Source: Lepidodermella squamata
Taxonomy: Eukaryota > Animalia > Gastrotricha
Reading direction: 5' to 3'
Assembly (NCBI GenBank): GCA_047495785.1
Contig: JBLDXI010000042.1
Span: 2,046,001-2,110,000, forward strand
Length of the DNA: 64,000 bases
The notes under the pieces were generated by a model, which searched no databases, was not told the origin of the DNA, and worked only from the letters and a program-made list of their open reading frames with translations. The position numbers and the translations under genes are program-made. Shown here piece by piece: positions 1 through 10,859 of the stretch (position 1 is its first letter; every line of letters starts with the position of its first letter).

Positions 1-26
1 GATTTTCTCATTATCAGACAGTCGAA

Positions 27-1162
27 ATGCCTGTTTTCAATCAGGAACGCGTCATCCGTGACCGTTCCAATCCTTTCACGGCTTTCAGCGAAAATCAGTT
101 TTTTCTACGCTATCGTTTTACAAAGAAGTCAGTTAAGAAGATTCACAGGCTCATTAAACGGGATTTGGTACGCCGCCGGACTAACCGGAATAAATCAATT
201 TCGACAATGCTTCAGGTACTGATCACACTGCGATATTTCGCTACTGGTGGTTTCCAACGTGTGATAGGTATGACGTCCCTATTCGGCAAAATTTTTTATT
301 TCCTCTGATGAATATAGGAGATATTCACGGTGTTGATCATACTAGTGTCTGCAAAATTGTTCATCTCGTGGCTGAGGCACTCGCCAGGAAGCTGGACAAA
401 TTCGTAGTTATGCCTCGAAACAATCAAGAAGTGCGTGAAATAGCTGCGAGTTTCTACGAATATGGTGGCTTTCCGAATTGTCTGGGCGCAGTTGATTGCT
501 CCTTGATCAAAATTCAAAAACAGTCGCATCTCCCTGACCCCGATGTTTTTTGGTGTAGAAAAAGTATTTCTTTGATTAGTGAAATCGAGAAGTTTCTAAG
601 GAGTTTTGTTTCAGAATATTACGCTCTCAATGTCCAAGTAGTCTGCGATTTCGAGGGCCGGATTAGGGACATAGTTGTCCGTTGGCCGGGCAGTGTTCAT
701 GACTCGACGATTTACAAGTCTTCGCAGGTGAAAAAGAAACTGCAATGTGCGCCACGCTTCAATGGATACCACCTTATAGCCGACAAGGGTTACCAAGTCG
801 CTCCCGAGCTGCTGACCCCTCTCAGAAATCCTACAACCGACGCAGAGTTGGACTACAACCGGTCGCTAAGTCGTTGTCGTGCTGTTATTGAACGTCTTTT
901 CGGCATTTTGAAGAGCCGTTTTCGCTGTCTACAAAGCGTAGACAATCGCCTCAGATTTCGAGCCGATCGCTGTGCTAATGTCATCCTCGCATGCGCTGTC
1001 TTACACAACATTGCAATCAATCTGCGCAAACCGCCGATCCTGGGCGATAATGAAATTGAAGATGAAGTCGAGGCGCCGGAAGCTCATGATCAAGACGAAT
1101 ACCTGGCTATGACACTGGGAGAACGAATTCGCCGCAGTATTGTTGATCGATACTTCACGTGA
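27..1162 (+). CDS. PIF/Harbinger (HARBI1-like) DDE transposase; exons 27-267, 318-563, 615-1162
   Basis: Motifs RYRF, LRYFATG, FPNCLGAVDC, NVQVVCD, WPGSVHDS, IADKGY, RAVIERLFGILKSRFRCL, ACAVLHN. GT-AG introns at 268-317 and 564-614; the second is 51 nt and in frame, so the ORF track reads through it. Confidence 0.93.
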
Positions 1163-1359
1163 CTATAACCTATTAATGCTTTTTTGAATCGAAAATAAGC
1201 TTGCAAGAATTGATAATGGTTTATTTCAAATTCGGCTTGCCTAGCTACTAAACTAATAATGGTCGACCTTCTAGTTCTATCACAACTAAATGTATCATGA
1301 AAAGTGAAAAATAAGAAAGTCATTGTTCGTTGAATGTCAATCAATGGATTCAGCCATGT

Positions 1360-2186
1360 TCAATCGTACTTTTCGAACGGGTTCTGTTCGGAAGAGTTGA
1401 GTGAAGAAGTAAGCAGGGTGGAGGTTGATCCAGTCGCCTTCTTGTGCTTGAGCTCCTCCAGTTGTTCTCGGAGAATCGCATTTTCGAGTTCAGCTTTTTC
1501 GACGGCGAGCGACTGGAGCTTAGCTTTCTTCTCAGCAACAGTTTCGCGGCGATTCTTAGTCGATGAGGCATGGCCGCTGGTGCCGGCAACATCGGACCCA
1601 TTGTCGTCGTCATCGCCATCGGGATCTGAACCATCGAATTCGTCAGCATCTTCCTCCGAGAGGTCGAACTCGCCGCCATCATCTTCTTCATCGCTCAGGG
1701 CATCGGAATCGCGAATACCTGAGAAACAAGAATAGTTAGTTAAAAAAATGCTTATATTATCAGCACTTAACCTCGCAGGCCTCGGAGTCCAGTCGGTGAA
1801 ATTCGCTTCACATCGTTCAAAATCAGATACTCGTATGTTTCGAAAGCGTGCGGCAACGCATCATCCAGCGATTCCTCGCGGATCTTCTCGCGAATCTTCA
1901 GCACGATTCGGTTCCATAAATTTTTCAGTTCCTCGAGAGTGTGCGGCGGCTGGCGGTTGCCGCGCTTCTTCGCATATTCGCGAGCAATTGTCTTCCAAAC
2001 ACCTTGCTTTGCCACTGCAGTCTCGTTAGAGGAGTTCTTATCTTCAAGAGTATCGAAGTATTTTTTCGCCAGGCTTACCAGCCGCTCCTTGTCGGCAAAG
2101 GAGAAACTCGCCCGTGGTTTTCGAGCGCGCTTTGTTGTTCGACGCCGCCCAGCAGCTTTTCGGGCCAAAGCCAATGTTCTCGCCAT
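1360..2186 (-). CDS. Harbinger Myb/SANT-like DNA-binding partner; exons 2186-1772 and 1718-1360
   Basis: FSFADKERLVSL...KQGVWKTIAREY...LEELKNLWNRI trihelix motif; 53-nt GT-AG intron joins an acidic and coiled-coil exon; convergent with the transposase, as is typical of Harbinger. Confidence 0.85.
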
Positions 2187-2580
2187 TGATTGATGAAAAT
2201 CGGATAGTTATTCAAATAATGATGATGAAGTGGATGAAAATCAATTCACGGCGTAGGTATATATACCCTTCTTCTCGGTACTAAAAACGTGTTACGCCAT
2301 GGGATATCAACTCAACAATCAGTCGTAACATATAATATGTGCAATAATATATAGCTTTTTCGTAATAAAGGTGTGTACATTATGCTAAAAATTACGATAA
2401 ATGGTGTTTTTTATCATATTTCTGTGAAAACTTATGATAAATATTTGGCGGTGTAAGATAATTAAAAAATGAGGAGATAACAGTAAATGACCTTCGATCA
2501 ACTGCCCCAATGACTTTTGCACATTCGCCTTTTTCATATTTGACAATTTTCCACTAGTTCGCTTCAGAATAGCAATGATC

Positions 2581-3137
2581 AGGAAAGCTGCAGAGCATTA
2601 AATACATCGCGCTTGTAAGCGCGAGTTCATGAATCATCAGCAATCAACACAAGGAAAAGCAGAGCATTAAAAACATCGCGCTTGTAAGCGCGAGTTCATG
2701 AATCATCAGCAATCAACACAAGGAAAAGCGGAGCATTGAAAACATCGCGCTTGTAAGCGCGAGTTCATGAATCATCAGCAATCAACACAAGGAAAAGCGG
2801 AGCATTGAAAACATCGCGCTTGTAAGCGCGAGTTCATGAATCATCAGCAATCAACACAAGGAAAAGCGGAGCATTGAAAACATCGCGCTTGTAAGCGCGA
2901 GTTCATGAATCATCAGCAATCAACACAAGGAAAAGCGGAGCATTGAAAACATCGCGCTTGTAAGCGCGAGTTCATGAATCATCAGCAATCAACACAAGGA
3001 AAAGCAGAACATTGAAAACATCGCGCTTGTAAGCGCGAGTTCATGAATCATCAGCAATCAACACAAGGAAAAGCAGAACATTGAAAACATCGCGCTTGTA
3101 AGCGCGAGTTCATGAATCATCAGCAATCAACACAAGG
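2581..3137. repeat. 69-bp minisatellite, ~8 near-identical copies, plus a partial copy at ~3242-3283
   Basis: Unit AAAAGCGGAGCATTGAAAACATCGCGCTTGTAAGCGCGAGTTCATGAATCATCAGCAATCAACACAAGG recurs every 69 nt. Confidence 0.97.
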
Positions 3138-3377
3138 TCGCGTAGCGATTTTACATATCCGCGTTTAAGCCGTGTTCAGGGCGGCAAGAAGGAATTTCAC
3201 AATGAAAACACTTTTATTTTAGGGCAGTGAAATAGAACCATGGAAAAGCAGAACATTGAAAACATCGCGCTTGTAAGCGCGAGATATACCTCATTTCCAC
3301 TCCTTATTAAAATACTTTTCCCAGAGTTTTTCAGAATTTCCCCCAAATTTACCAGCCCTCGCCCACCTCTCACCTCT

Positions 3378-3446
3378 CACCCTTACCCTTACCCATACAC
3401 CTTGCCCTACCCCTACCCCTACCCCTACCCCCTACCCCCTACCCTC
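3378..3446. repeat. (CCCCTA)n telomere-like C-rich simple repeat
   Basis: cccttacccttaccc...ccctacccctacccctacccctac. Confidence 0.85.
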
Positions 3447-4372
3447 TGTTATACCTCTTGTACGCTCCCTTTCGAAATAATTTCCCCAGCAATTTATTTC
3501 CCAAATTTCCCCCCAAATTTATTAACTCCCTTTCACTCCTTTGCACCTTCATTATCTCTTCGCTTTTTATAAATTCACCATTTATTTTTCCCCTGATTAC
3601 CAATTTCCCCCGCCCCACCCTCAATTTTTCAAAAAGGGTGTATGCCGAATCACTCCATAAATACCTCATATTCACTGGCATACACCCTTTTTTCGATACC
3701 CCCCCCCCCCATTTTTTCAAAACCCAATACTCCCCCCTTGGAAATACACTCACACCATATAGCCCTATAAATCATAATTTCTTTGATTATTTCACTTTCC
3801 TTGGGTTTGGTCTAGGACCGGCTATTGTACTCTACTTTTCTTTCATCGGTTAAACGGCAATTTCCTAGATATTTTGCAGAAGGAAGTCTTATTTCTTAGC
3901 GAAATTCCCATTTCTGGCTGCAGTAGCGTTACAGTATACTCGTTTTTGGTGTGCGTATGGCGCATATATACGCTTGCTTGCCATATAAAACGTATATCGT
4001 ATATAACTGCATAGCATGTACGCATCACATTTAGTACACGCATAACGGTGGTTGCGCTAACGATACCACGAGTTACTCATTTTGCCCAGCGGTTGGGAGC
4101 GGACTGGATCGAATGTCAACTGTCCCGGGCGAAAAATTACCGAAGAAAGTCGTTTTATACTACTTGTGTGACTTCTCTACCTGAGATTCACCGTGGAAAG
4201 AACCGTTTGCTTAGTTCCCATCTGTGGAGCGTTTCCAGGACTGTCCAAGGATACCAAGATATCAAAACTCCACCCAGTGGCTACAAGCCGTTGAGTGACC
4301 GAATGTCACCCGGTTTGAGAGAAAAATTGACCCTCAGAGCTCACTTTGGCAGTGCTGAAATTGGTTAGAAAT

Positions 4373-5388
4373 TAATGCCGGGTGAAACCCGGTACTATAC
4401 AGTCAAAATTGATTGTCCGTCCGTCCGTCCGTCTGTCCGTCTGTCCGTCTGTCCGTCCGTCTGAAGCCGCGCACGCGCGCACTTGACCCGCACACCTTCA
4501 ATAAAATGCCCTGCGCGCACAAGTAAATAATAGTAATAGCGATGGCACGCACATTATTTATTTCCCCGAAATTTTTCGATTGCTCCACAACTACGATGAA
4601 TTTTTTTATGCGGTTTTCAGCAAATGATAGGTCTAATCTGTGGTCGAAATTCCAGAAAATTTTGTTCGAAAAGGATGTGGGCAAACAAACTGGCAACGAA
4701 ATGCGATCATAGTATTTCTTCGTTATTCATAATAAACATCGGCATAAAATCGGCGATAGTTAACTGTTGTTAGCTAATCGTTGGAGTCATTATAAGCGTT
4801 ATCATCATCATTTGTATTCGTAAATTGAAATTTCCAGGATTAGAAGGGCAAAACAATAATCCGATTGGTTATGAAGTTCTAGCGTGCTACTTACTTATTG
4901 AGCTTTCTTGGCAGAACTTGGAATTATTTCACGCACACGATCAAGATTTTTTCAAAATAATAAATAATATTATTATCATCATGATAGCATTTTATCATCT
5001 TAATCAGCGAGTTCAGATATAAACGATTTACGAATGTTATACCGTAAAATATCGAATTGGACAGGCTACTCGGCCTATATTTTCGAGAAAAATTATATAT
5101 TTAGAAGAGTATTATTACGCGAACGCCCTGTATGTGGGCGACAGAACGACTTGCCCAAAATGGAAAAAATGGCATATCCGCCACCCGCTAAGTCAGTCGC
5201 AAGATAGCTGAGCGCCAGTTTATTCTACGCATCATTTTTTCTGAACCATTGTTTCTATTTCAGGCAGGCCATTTTTTTGCTTCGGTAAAAAATGGCTGAG
5301 CTATGTTGAAAACTTTGAAACCTCTATACCATTTCCTGTGCAACCTATGACAACTACAGCTCGTTTCGCTCACGTGGGCTGATTGTTT
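4373..5388 (+). mobile_element. Helentron-associated (HINE/DINE-1-like) non-autonomous element, 5' part
   Basis: Hairpin GCCGGGTGAAACCCGG followed by a (GTCY)n microsatellite; a diverged inverted copy lies at ~20420-21453. Confidence 0.7.
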
Positions 5389-5558
5389 GTTGAGATCCTG
5401 CTCCTCCCTGCGGTCGGAGAAGGAGCGCCGGGTGAAACCCATAATTTGAAACTTAAATATTACATACAAGAGTAACCTATTCTTTTATTTAGCTTTAGTC
5501 ATTGAAAATGACCGGATGTGCTCTAAGCTCTTTGCATTAGTTGTCGCTTGCCGCTATA

Positions 5559-5745
5559 TGACGGGAAAACTCCCCGTTGTCGTGGGGCGCGTTCCGTCGT
5601 TCCGTACGTACGTCAAGTATGCGCAGTAATTGGGCACGTCGTTCGCGCACTCTTCAGGAGGATATAGAGGTACTCGTTCCATATAGAGGTACTAAAAAAC
5701 GGTCCCCGTCACTGTCAAAGGCCGCCAGGCCGACACAGCTTAATT
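5559..5745 (+). mobile_element. Small HINE-like element (TGACGGG...CCCGTCA sub-TIR plus GGCC hairpin)
   Basis: Absent from the paralogous site at ~26690-26720; second copy with the same ends at 56371-56501. Confidence 0.65.
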
Positions 5746-5926
5746 AGATTGGTAAAGACTGGGTTCCTAATCTTGTAACTCCTAACACTTCTACTGCTAA
5801 ATCAAGTGGTTTGAGATATTGAATATTGGATCCGGATTCTGGCTCTGAATTATATTCAAATTGAAGGGTAGACTAAATTACTAAAAATTATACTAAATTA
5901 CAACCAAATCGATTAAGCAAAGCTCT

Positions 5927-6999
5927 TGTCAGGGGGATGTCAAGACTTGGCCAGGCACTACTCTAGGCTACTTTATTGAGAATGAATCGAACCAAAGTCC
6001 TTGCCGGACGGCCACCCACTACTCTACTACGGAATCTTGCTGCTAAGTCTCGCTCAGTTCGAATTCGTCTACAATGCCAACGCTATGCTGATATGGTATC
6101 GCCCTGGCCCGCGTGTGGTGTTGCGACATCGACTTCAACGATGATTTCTTTGGTCAATGTCTTTGGCGTTCAGCTCGTCACCACTGAAGTTCGTATCCAA
6201 GATCCAGCTCTTACGCTCAAGGTGTCGCCCTGGCTTGCGCGCTCGATCTGCTGACTGTTCACCGGTTATGGCTACGCATCTCCTTGTTCACGGTCAAGCG
6301 TTGATTGGGGCAGCCTCGCTGATGTTTGACTTCAACGCCCGCAATTCGCTGGATGGCTTGTCTCGGCGCGATTCTGCGACTGCTTGGCCACTGTCTTCGC
6401 TCCATGGCGTTGTCGAGATGCCTGGCTGGTGTCATGGCAACGATTCGGTGATTTCGAACTCTGTCTTGTCTTGTCTCTGCATTTTCATGGTCTCCTGCCT
6501 CATTGGCTTCGCGGTTCTCGAGTTCGGTTCGGTTTTCAAGAAAGATTGCGGTTCGGTTTTCAAGAAAGATTGCTTTAGTCAAGAATTTTCAAGAAACTGT
6601 ACATCTTTCGACTTCAACTTGCCATCTTCACTTGACTAGAGCTCGCAATTCAGCCCGATTCGTGGTTCCAAGGCATTGCCGTTTCGTGGGATAGCGGTCG
6701 CATCGCAATTTTTTCGGACTGGATAGAGCGTTTCGCGATTGTTCGTGGCTAGCAAGCGGCTGGGGGAGGTGCTTGAGGAGGGCAAAGTGTAACGATGTGC
6801 CGGGTGGCAGCTGGCATCTACGCAATGACTAAGAACAATATTGTGATTCTCATGTGATAGCTAATTAGGAAGTGATCGCGTGTTCGACTTAGATTTGTAT
6901 CGCTAATATTTAAGGCCTTGAATTCCAACGATCAATGTTCGATTCATTCACAATAAAGTACGGAGTAGTGCCTGGCCAAGTCTTGACATTTCCCTGACA
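5927..6999. mobile_element. Non-autonomous TGT...ACA element with ~65-bp TIRs and 5-bp TSD GCTCT (Ginger-like, or atypical solo LTR)
   Basis: TGTCAGGG..ATGTCAAGACTTGGCCAGGCACTACTC inverted at both ends; GCTCT at 5922-5926 and 7000-7004; the paralogous empty site near 26495 has one copy. Confidence 0.85.
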
Positions 7000-7079
7000 G
7001 CTCTACTCAGAACATGTATCACTTATAAATTCTCTTGGGCTTTTATAGCCATCAGGACGCTGACTTGAATAGTAAATAT

Positions 7080-8461
7080 CGCTCCTTTTGCCCTATAAGG
7101 GAACGTTTTCAAAAACCCATGTATGAGCGCAGCCCCGTAGTAATTCATATGTTTGCGAGCTGCGTAATTTTTTTCTCGGGCAGCAGAAGTATGGCAGAAG
7201 CGTTACCCGTGTTGTCTACTATTTCGCATAAGATGCGAGCATTAAGTAAGTTATCCTGCATAAAAACGCATGTGCGCTTCATTTTTTATGCATGACGAGC
7301 AATGTGGCAGTGGTTATCTTGCATAATAATTCAGACTTTCTGCATAAAAACCGGGCTTTCTTGCAGTTGGAGCCCGGTATTCTGCAGAAAGTCAACTAAA
7401 AAATCAAAAATTCCCTGTGAAAGTCGTTTTCACTGGGTGTTTCACGGCAAAAAGGCCTTCGGTAGCGTACTCCCTTGCCAATGCAGCCTTTCTTGGAAAA
7501 AACTGAATTTCTGACTGCTCCAAACCTGAATATATTTTTCGCACAGTCAATCACAGTTGGATCCGTTTGGTTTTGATGTAACTGCGTCGTGAATCAGAAT
7601 TATATCAGATACTGGACAGGTGCCTCTTCAAGAAAACTTCAAAAACTTGTATTGAGATATTGGGGATAACTGATGGCCTATACTCAGGTATTCAACCGCA
7701 GAATGAAATACTTGAAACGATTCATTTTTTCAAGGCATGCGTATATTCGACAGGCGAGTAAGATTCTGGCAATTTTGAAGAAGTTGTTCACAACAGCAGC
7801 AGCAACAACATCTTGAGCTGTCAGTGCGCAAGATCTCGATGCTCGTTGCGTTGTGATCTTGCTCCTGGTTTTGTTCTGGATTTTGAGAAACCAAAGCTAC
7901 GGGTCCATCGCAACTGCGGTTTTCGACGTCTTTCACCGATTCAGGGCATCTCAGAAGGCCACGCTTCATTCACGTGTAGTAAGTATGCGTAACATTTGCC
8001 TCCCGAATTTCCTGAGAACTTGATCCGGTGTGATGGGAAATTGTTATTCACCTAAAATTTAACTTTCTCGAAGTTAACGTCCATCTCAAACACTGATGGT
8101 TTTGACGATGGCAGTAACTGATGGTTTCATTATTCCAAGAAAGCATTAAATCCAACCAATTGTAACAGTTTCGAATTTCGAGAAGAAAACTACAAAAATC
8201 TAAGAATTTATCTTGCATAAAAAGTGATTTTTTGGGGGATATATTGCATAATTCTCTGCAAAGCGTTCTATACTATTGCAATAAAGCCTTTTTATAATGA
8301 ATTCATTCTGCAGAATATACGGCATCGACCAGCGCATTCTTATAATAAATATACTGCCCCGCGCCGCGATAATGCAATATGCCATGAGGCAAAAAATCGC
8401 CTTTTCAACAGAGAAAGGGTGTGTAAAAGGGGAACAGTTACTTTATAGGGCAAAAGGAGCG
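7080..8461. mobile_element. Non-autonomous Sola1-like element (CG...CG ends, ATAT TSD)
   Basis: TIR CGCTCCTTTTGCCCTATAA / TTATAGGGCAAAAGGAGCG; ATAT at 7076-7079 and 8462-8465; flanks rejoin as the HINE-like repeat. Confidence 0.8.
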
Positions 8462-9968
8462 ATATAATGATAGGCGACATAATAATATTGCTGGCACGAG
8501 CCCTGGCTAACAATAGAAAATAGTGTTTAGTATAATATAGAGTGTCCAGAATTGGGGCAAGGAACATAGCGATCTTCTAATAGATATCCAGTCATAATTC
8601 TGGATTAAGAAACTATGACCTCAACGTAGCCCTAAACCTGCGTGACTGGGGCCAGTTGATTCAACCTCTTTTTATTGAAACATTTATAAAACCCTATTGG
8701 AAATGTGCATCGGTTGCGTAGTCTATATGATACTGTCCGTCCGTAGATCTTTCCATCTGAACAATGTCTCTTTTATGCGGAATAAAATAATATCTTCTAC
8801 CGTCGGAAACTATCGGAATAAAAAAATATATCTTTTCATGCGAAATTACTTATTTTCCACTCTACTCTTCCACTACTTTTCCACTCTTCAAAATATCTTT
8901 TTCCTCGAATAATGTCTTTCCGATGACGGAACAATCAACAATGAACGATAGCCCATCACTGCCAAATCGTCAGCTTTGATAACTCTAAGCTTCAGGTCAA
9001 TCCAATAGGACCAATCGGACCAATAGGAATAGTATGACCTATGCCGCAGTTTTTCCCCGCCCGTGCTTCGCATGCTTGGCTGTAACACACAACTACCTCT
9101 TCGAAAGGACCTGCCTTCTTCGCCGAACGGTTGCTCAACAGGCCCAGTTGCCTCTGCCTGTTCGATGTCTTATACTCGAAAGCTCCTACCAGTCTTCAGC
9201 GAAGACCGGAATAGGGGCTTGGGACATCGTTCCAACCGCTGGAGGAACAGAATGAGGCCGCGGATCGATGACGATAAATCTTAGCTCGTGGGCCAACCCA
9301 TAGAGCTAGTTATGAGGCCCTACCCCTGACTGGGCCTCTGTACATATTATATGTGCGAATAGTCGAAAAACTGTACATGAAATTATACGAACATCCACTC
9401 CGATATTTGCACCACTTGTTAAGCTGATGAGCTTTCAGCAATAAATATCGTTCGTGTTGCGACGTAAGGAACCCACAGCACACAGAATCCTAATATATAT
9501 GTAGTAATATTACCCATTGCATCTTTATTACCCAGCCTCCGCAAATGTTCATCCGGTAAAGTGATTCCTGATTACCATCTCACAGCGGTTTTTGGGTTTT
9601 ATTATCTATTTTTCGTTTTATAGCCATGGAATTTCTTGCTTCAAAACCTTAAACTTTCGTTGTTTGAATTAAGGAAATTCGCATTAATATCTCCATTAAA
9701 TAAATTTATGGTAAAAAAAATTGCTCCACGTCATTCAATTATTCAGTGATCATTTTTTAGCGTAAAAATCACATATTTTTTGTATTGGAGTTGATCGATT
9801 TTATATAAAATTGCAAGGTTATTTTTTCGTTCTCTTTGTTGCTTGAGTTCGCAGCTCGACTGAATATCTAACTGTTCATATTATGTAGAAAGAATCTGAA
9901 TTTACATAAATAATAATTATAATTAAGAAAAACTTCAACCTTTAGAAATTAAGGTTCTAAATATTGCA

Positions 9969-10259
9969 ATGGAAGCGCATCTCGCAATTGCTAGAAAAGG
10001 GGGCATGGTGAAAACAATAGAGGAGATTGTTAACTTCATGCGTGCGGGAACGGAACTGGATGGGTCGTGCACTATTAATGACCGGATCTGCTTTTTACTC
10101 TACGGATTTTTCTTGGGTACAGCTTTTATGATCGCTATTCGCCTTTATCGCGCCTTAGTTACGGGACGGCTCAATGTCTGGACTGAGGATGAGCGACTCT
10201 GGGGTTTGGAGCCACATATCCTTGAGAAAATCGCCAGACTTATTGATTTATTAATGTGA
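9969..10259 (+). CDS. Transposon cargo ORF1: 96-aa single-TM protein, unknown function
   Basis: Clean ATG-TGA ORF flanked by AT-rich DNA; hydrophobic segment ICFLLYGFFLGTAFMIAI followed by basic residues. Confidence 0.55.
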   Translation: MEAHLAIARKGGMVKTIEEIVNFMRAGTELDGSCTINDRICFLLYGFFLGTAFMIAIRLYRALVTGRLNVWTEDERLWGLEPHILEKIARLIDLLM

Positions 10260-10385
10260 GGATGCAAACTGAAACAGCGACTGATAATTGATCTTCGACA
10301 AAATTCAAATGTGTAACAAATCATTGGATTAATTTCTTGTAGACAATATATTGAAACATTGCAATTATTTTATAGAAATATTAAA

Positions 10386-10748
10386 ATGGCAGAGGCCTTC
10401 GCCAAACTGTTTCCCAAGCTAAAAGTATTTTACTCTACCACTCAACCAATACTTTCCGATAATGATGCGACGGTACGGCGGATTTTCAGCAATGCTACCA
10501 GCAACACGACTCGTGGCGTCTACTTTAGCTCGACGCACCCTGCCCCAAATGCCAGCGGTGAAGTGTTTACAGCCGCGATTTCAACCGTGTTGAAACCATC
10601 CACATCCTATGACTTAACCACGGTTGCAATCGCCTGCATCGTGTTGTCAGCCGTATTAGCTATTATGTCAATTGCATCGATTCTATACTTTTTTGTTTTC
10701 AAGAAGAGACTCTACCGCCAGTCGCGTCGATGTTGGACGCCCTGGTGA
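10386..10748 (+). CDS. Transposon cargo ORF2: ~120-aa single-TM glycoprotein-like protein
   Basis: Ser/Thr-rich N-terminus with sequons NAT, NTT and NAS; TM VAIACIVLSAVLAIMSIASILYFFVF; polybasic KKRLYRQSRR. Confidence 0.65.
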   Translation: MAEAFAKLFPKLKVFYSTTQPILSDNDATVRRIFSNATSNTTRGVYFSSTHPAPNASGEVFTAAISTVLKPSTSYDLTTVAIACIVLSAVLAIMSIASILYFFVFKKRLYRQSRRCWTPW

Positions 10749-10859
10749 TACCGCTGAAGAAGATGATAAGGAGGACGATGAGGTTCACAATGCGACCTGG
10801 GCGAAGTTGTAATTAAGGCATTTGATTATTTTTTTTTATTTAATTAGGTTTATTCGGAA

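Larger units (their letters stand above)
5389..8548 (-). mobile_element. 3' part of the same HINE-like family, interrupted by three insertions
   Basis: Inverse match to 26335-26870; ends with sub-TIR GGGTTTCACCCGGC and stem-loop CTCCTTCT..AGGGAGGAG. Confidence 0.65.

Noticed and set aside
1334-2193. Plus-strand Ser-rich ORFs
   Set aside because: Antisense shadows of the Myb-like gene.
2581-3137. CRISPR array
   Set aside because: Units are identical end to end with no unique spacers, there are no cas genes, and the context is eukaryotic.
3240-3853. Pro/Tyr-rich ORFs
   Set aside because: Translations of low-complexity C-rich repeats.
5976-6825. Overlapping ORFs inside the TGT...ACA element
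   Set aside because: No recognisable motifs; multiple frames are open in GC-richer, repeat-containing DNA.
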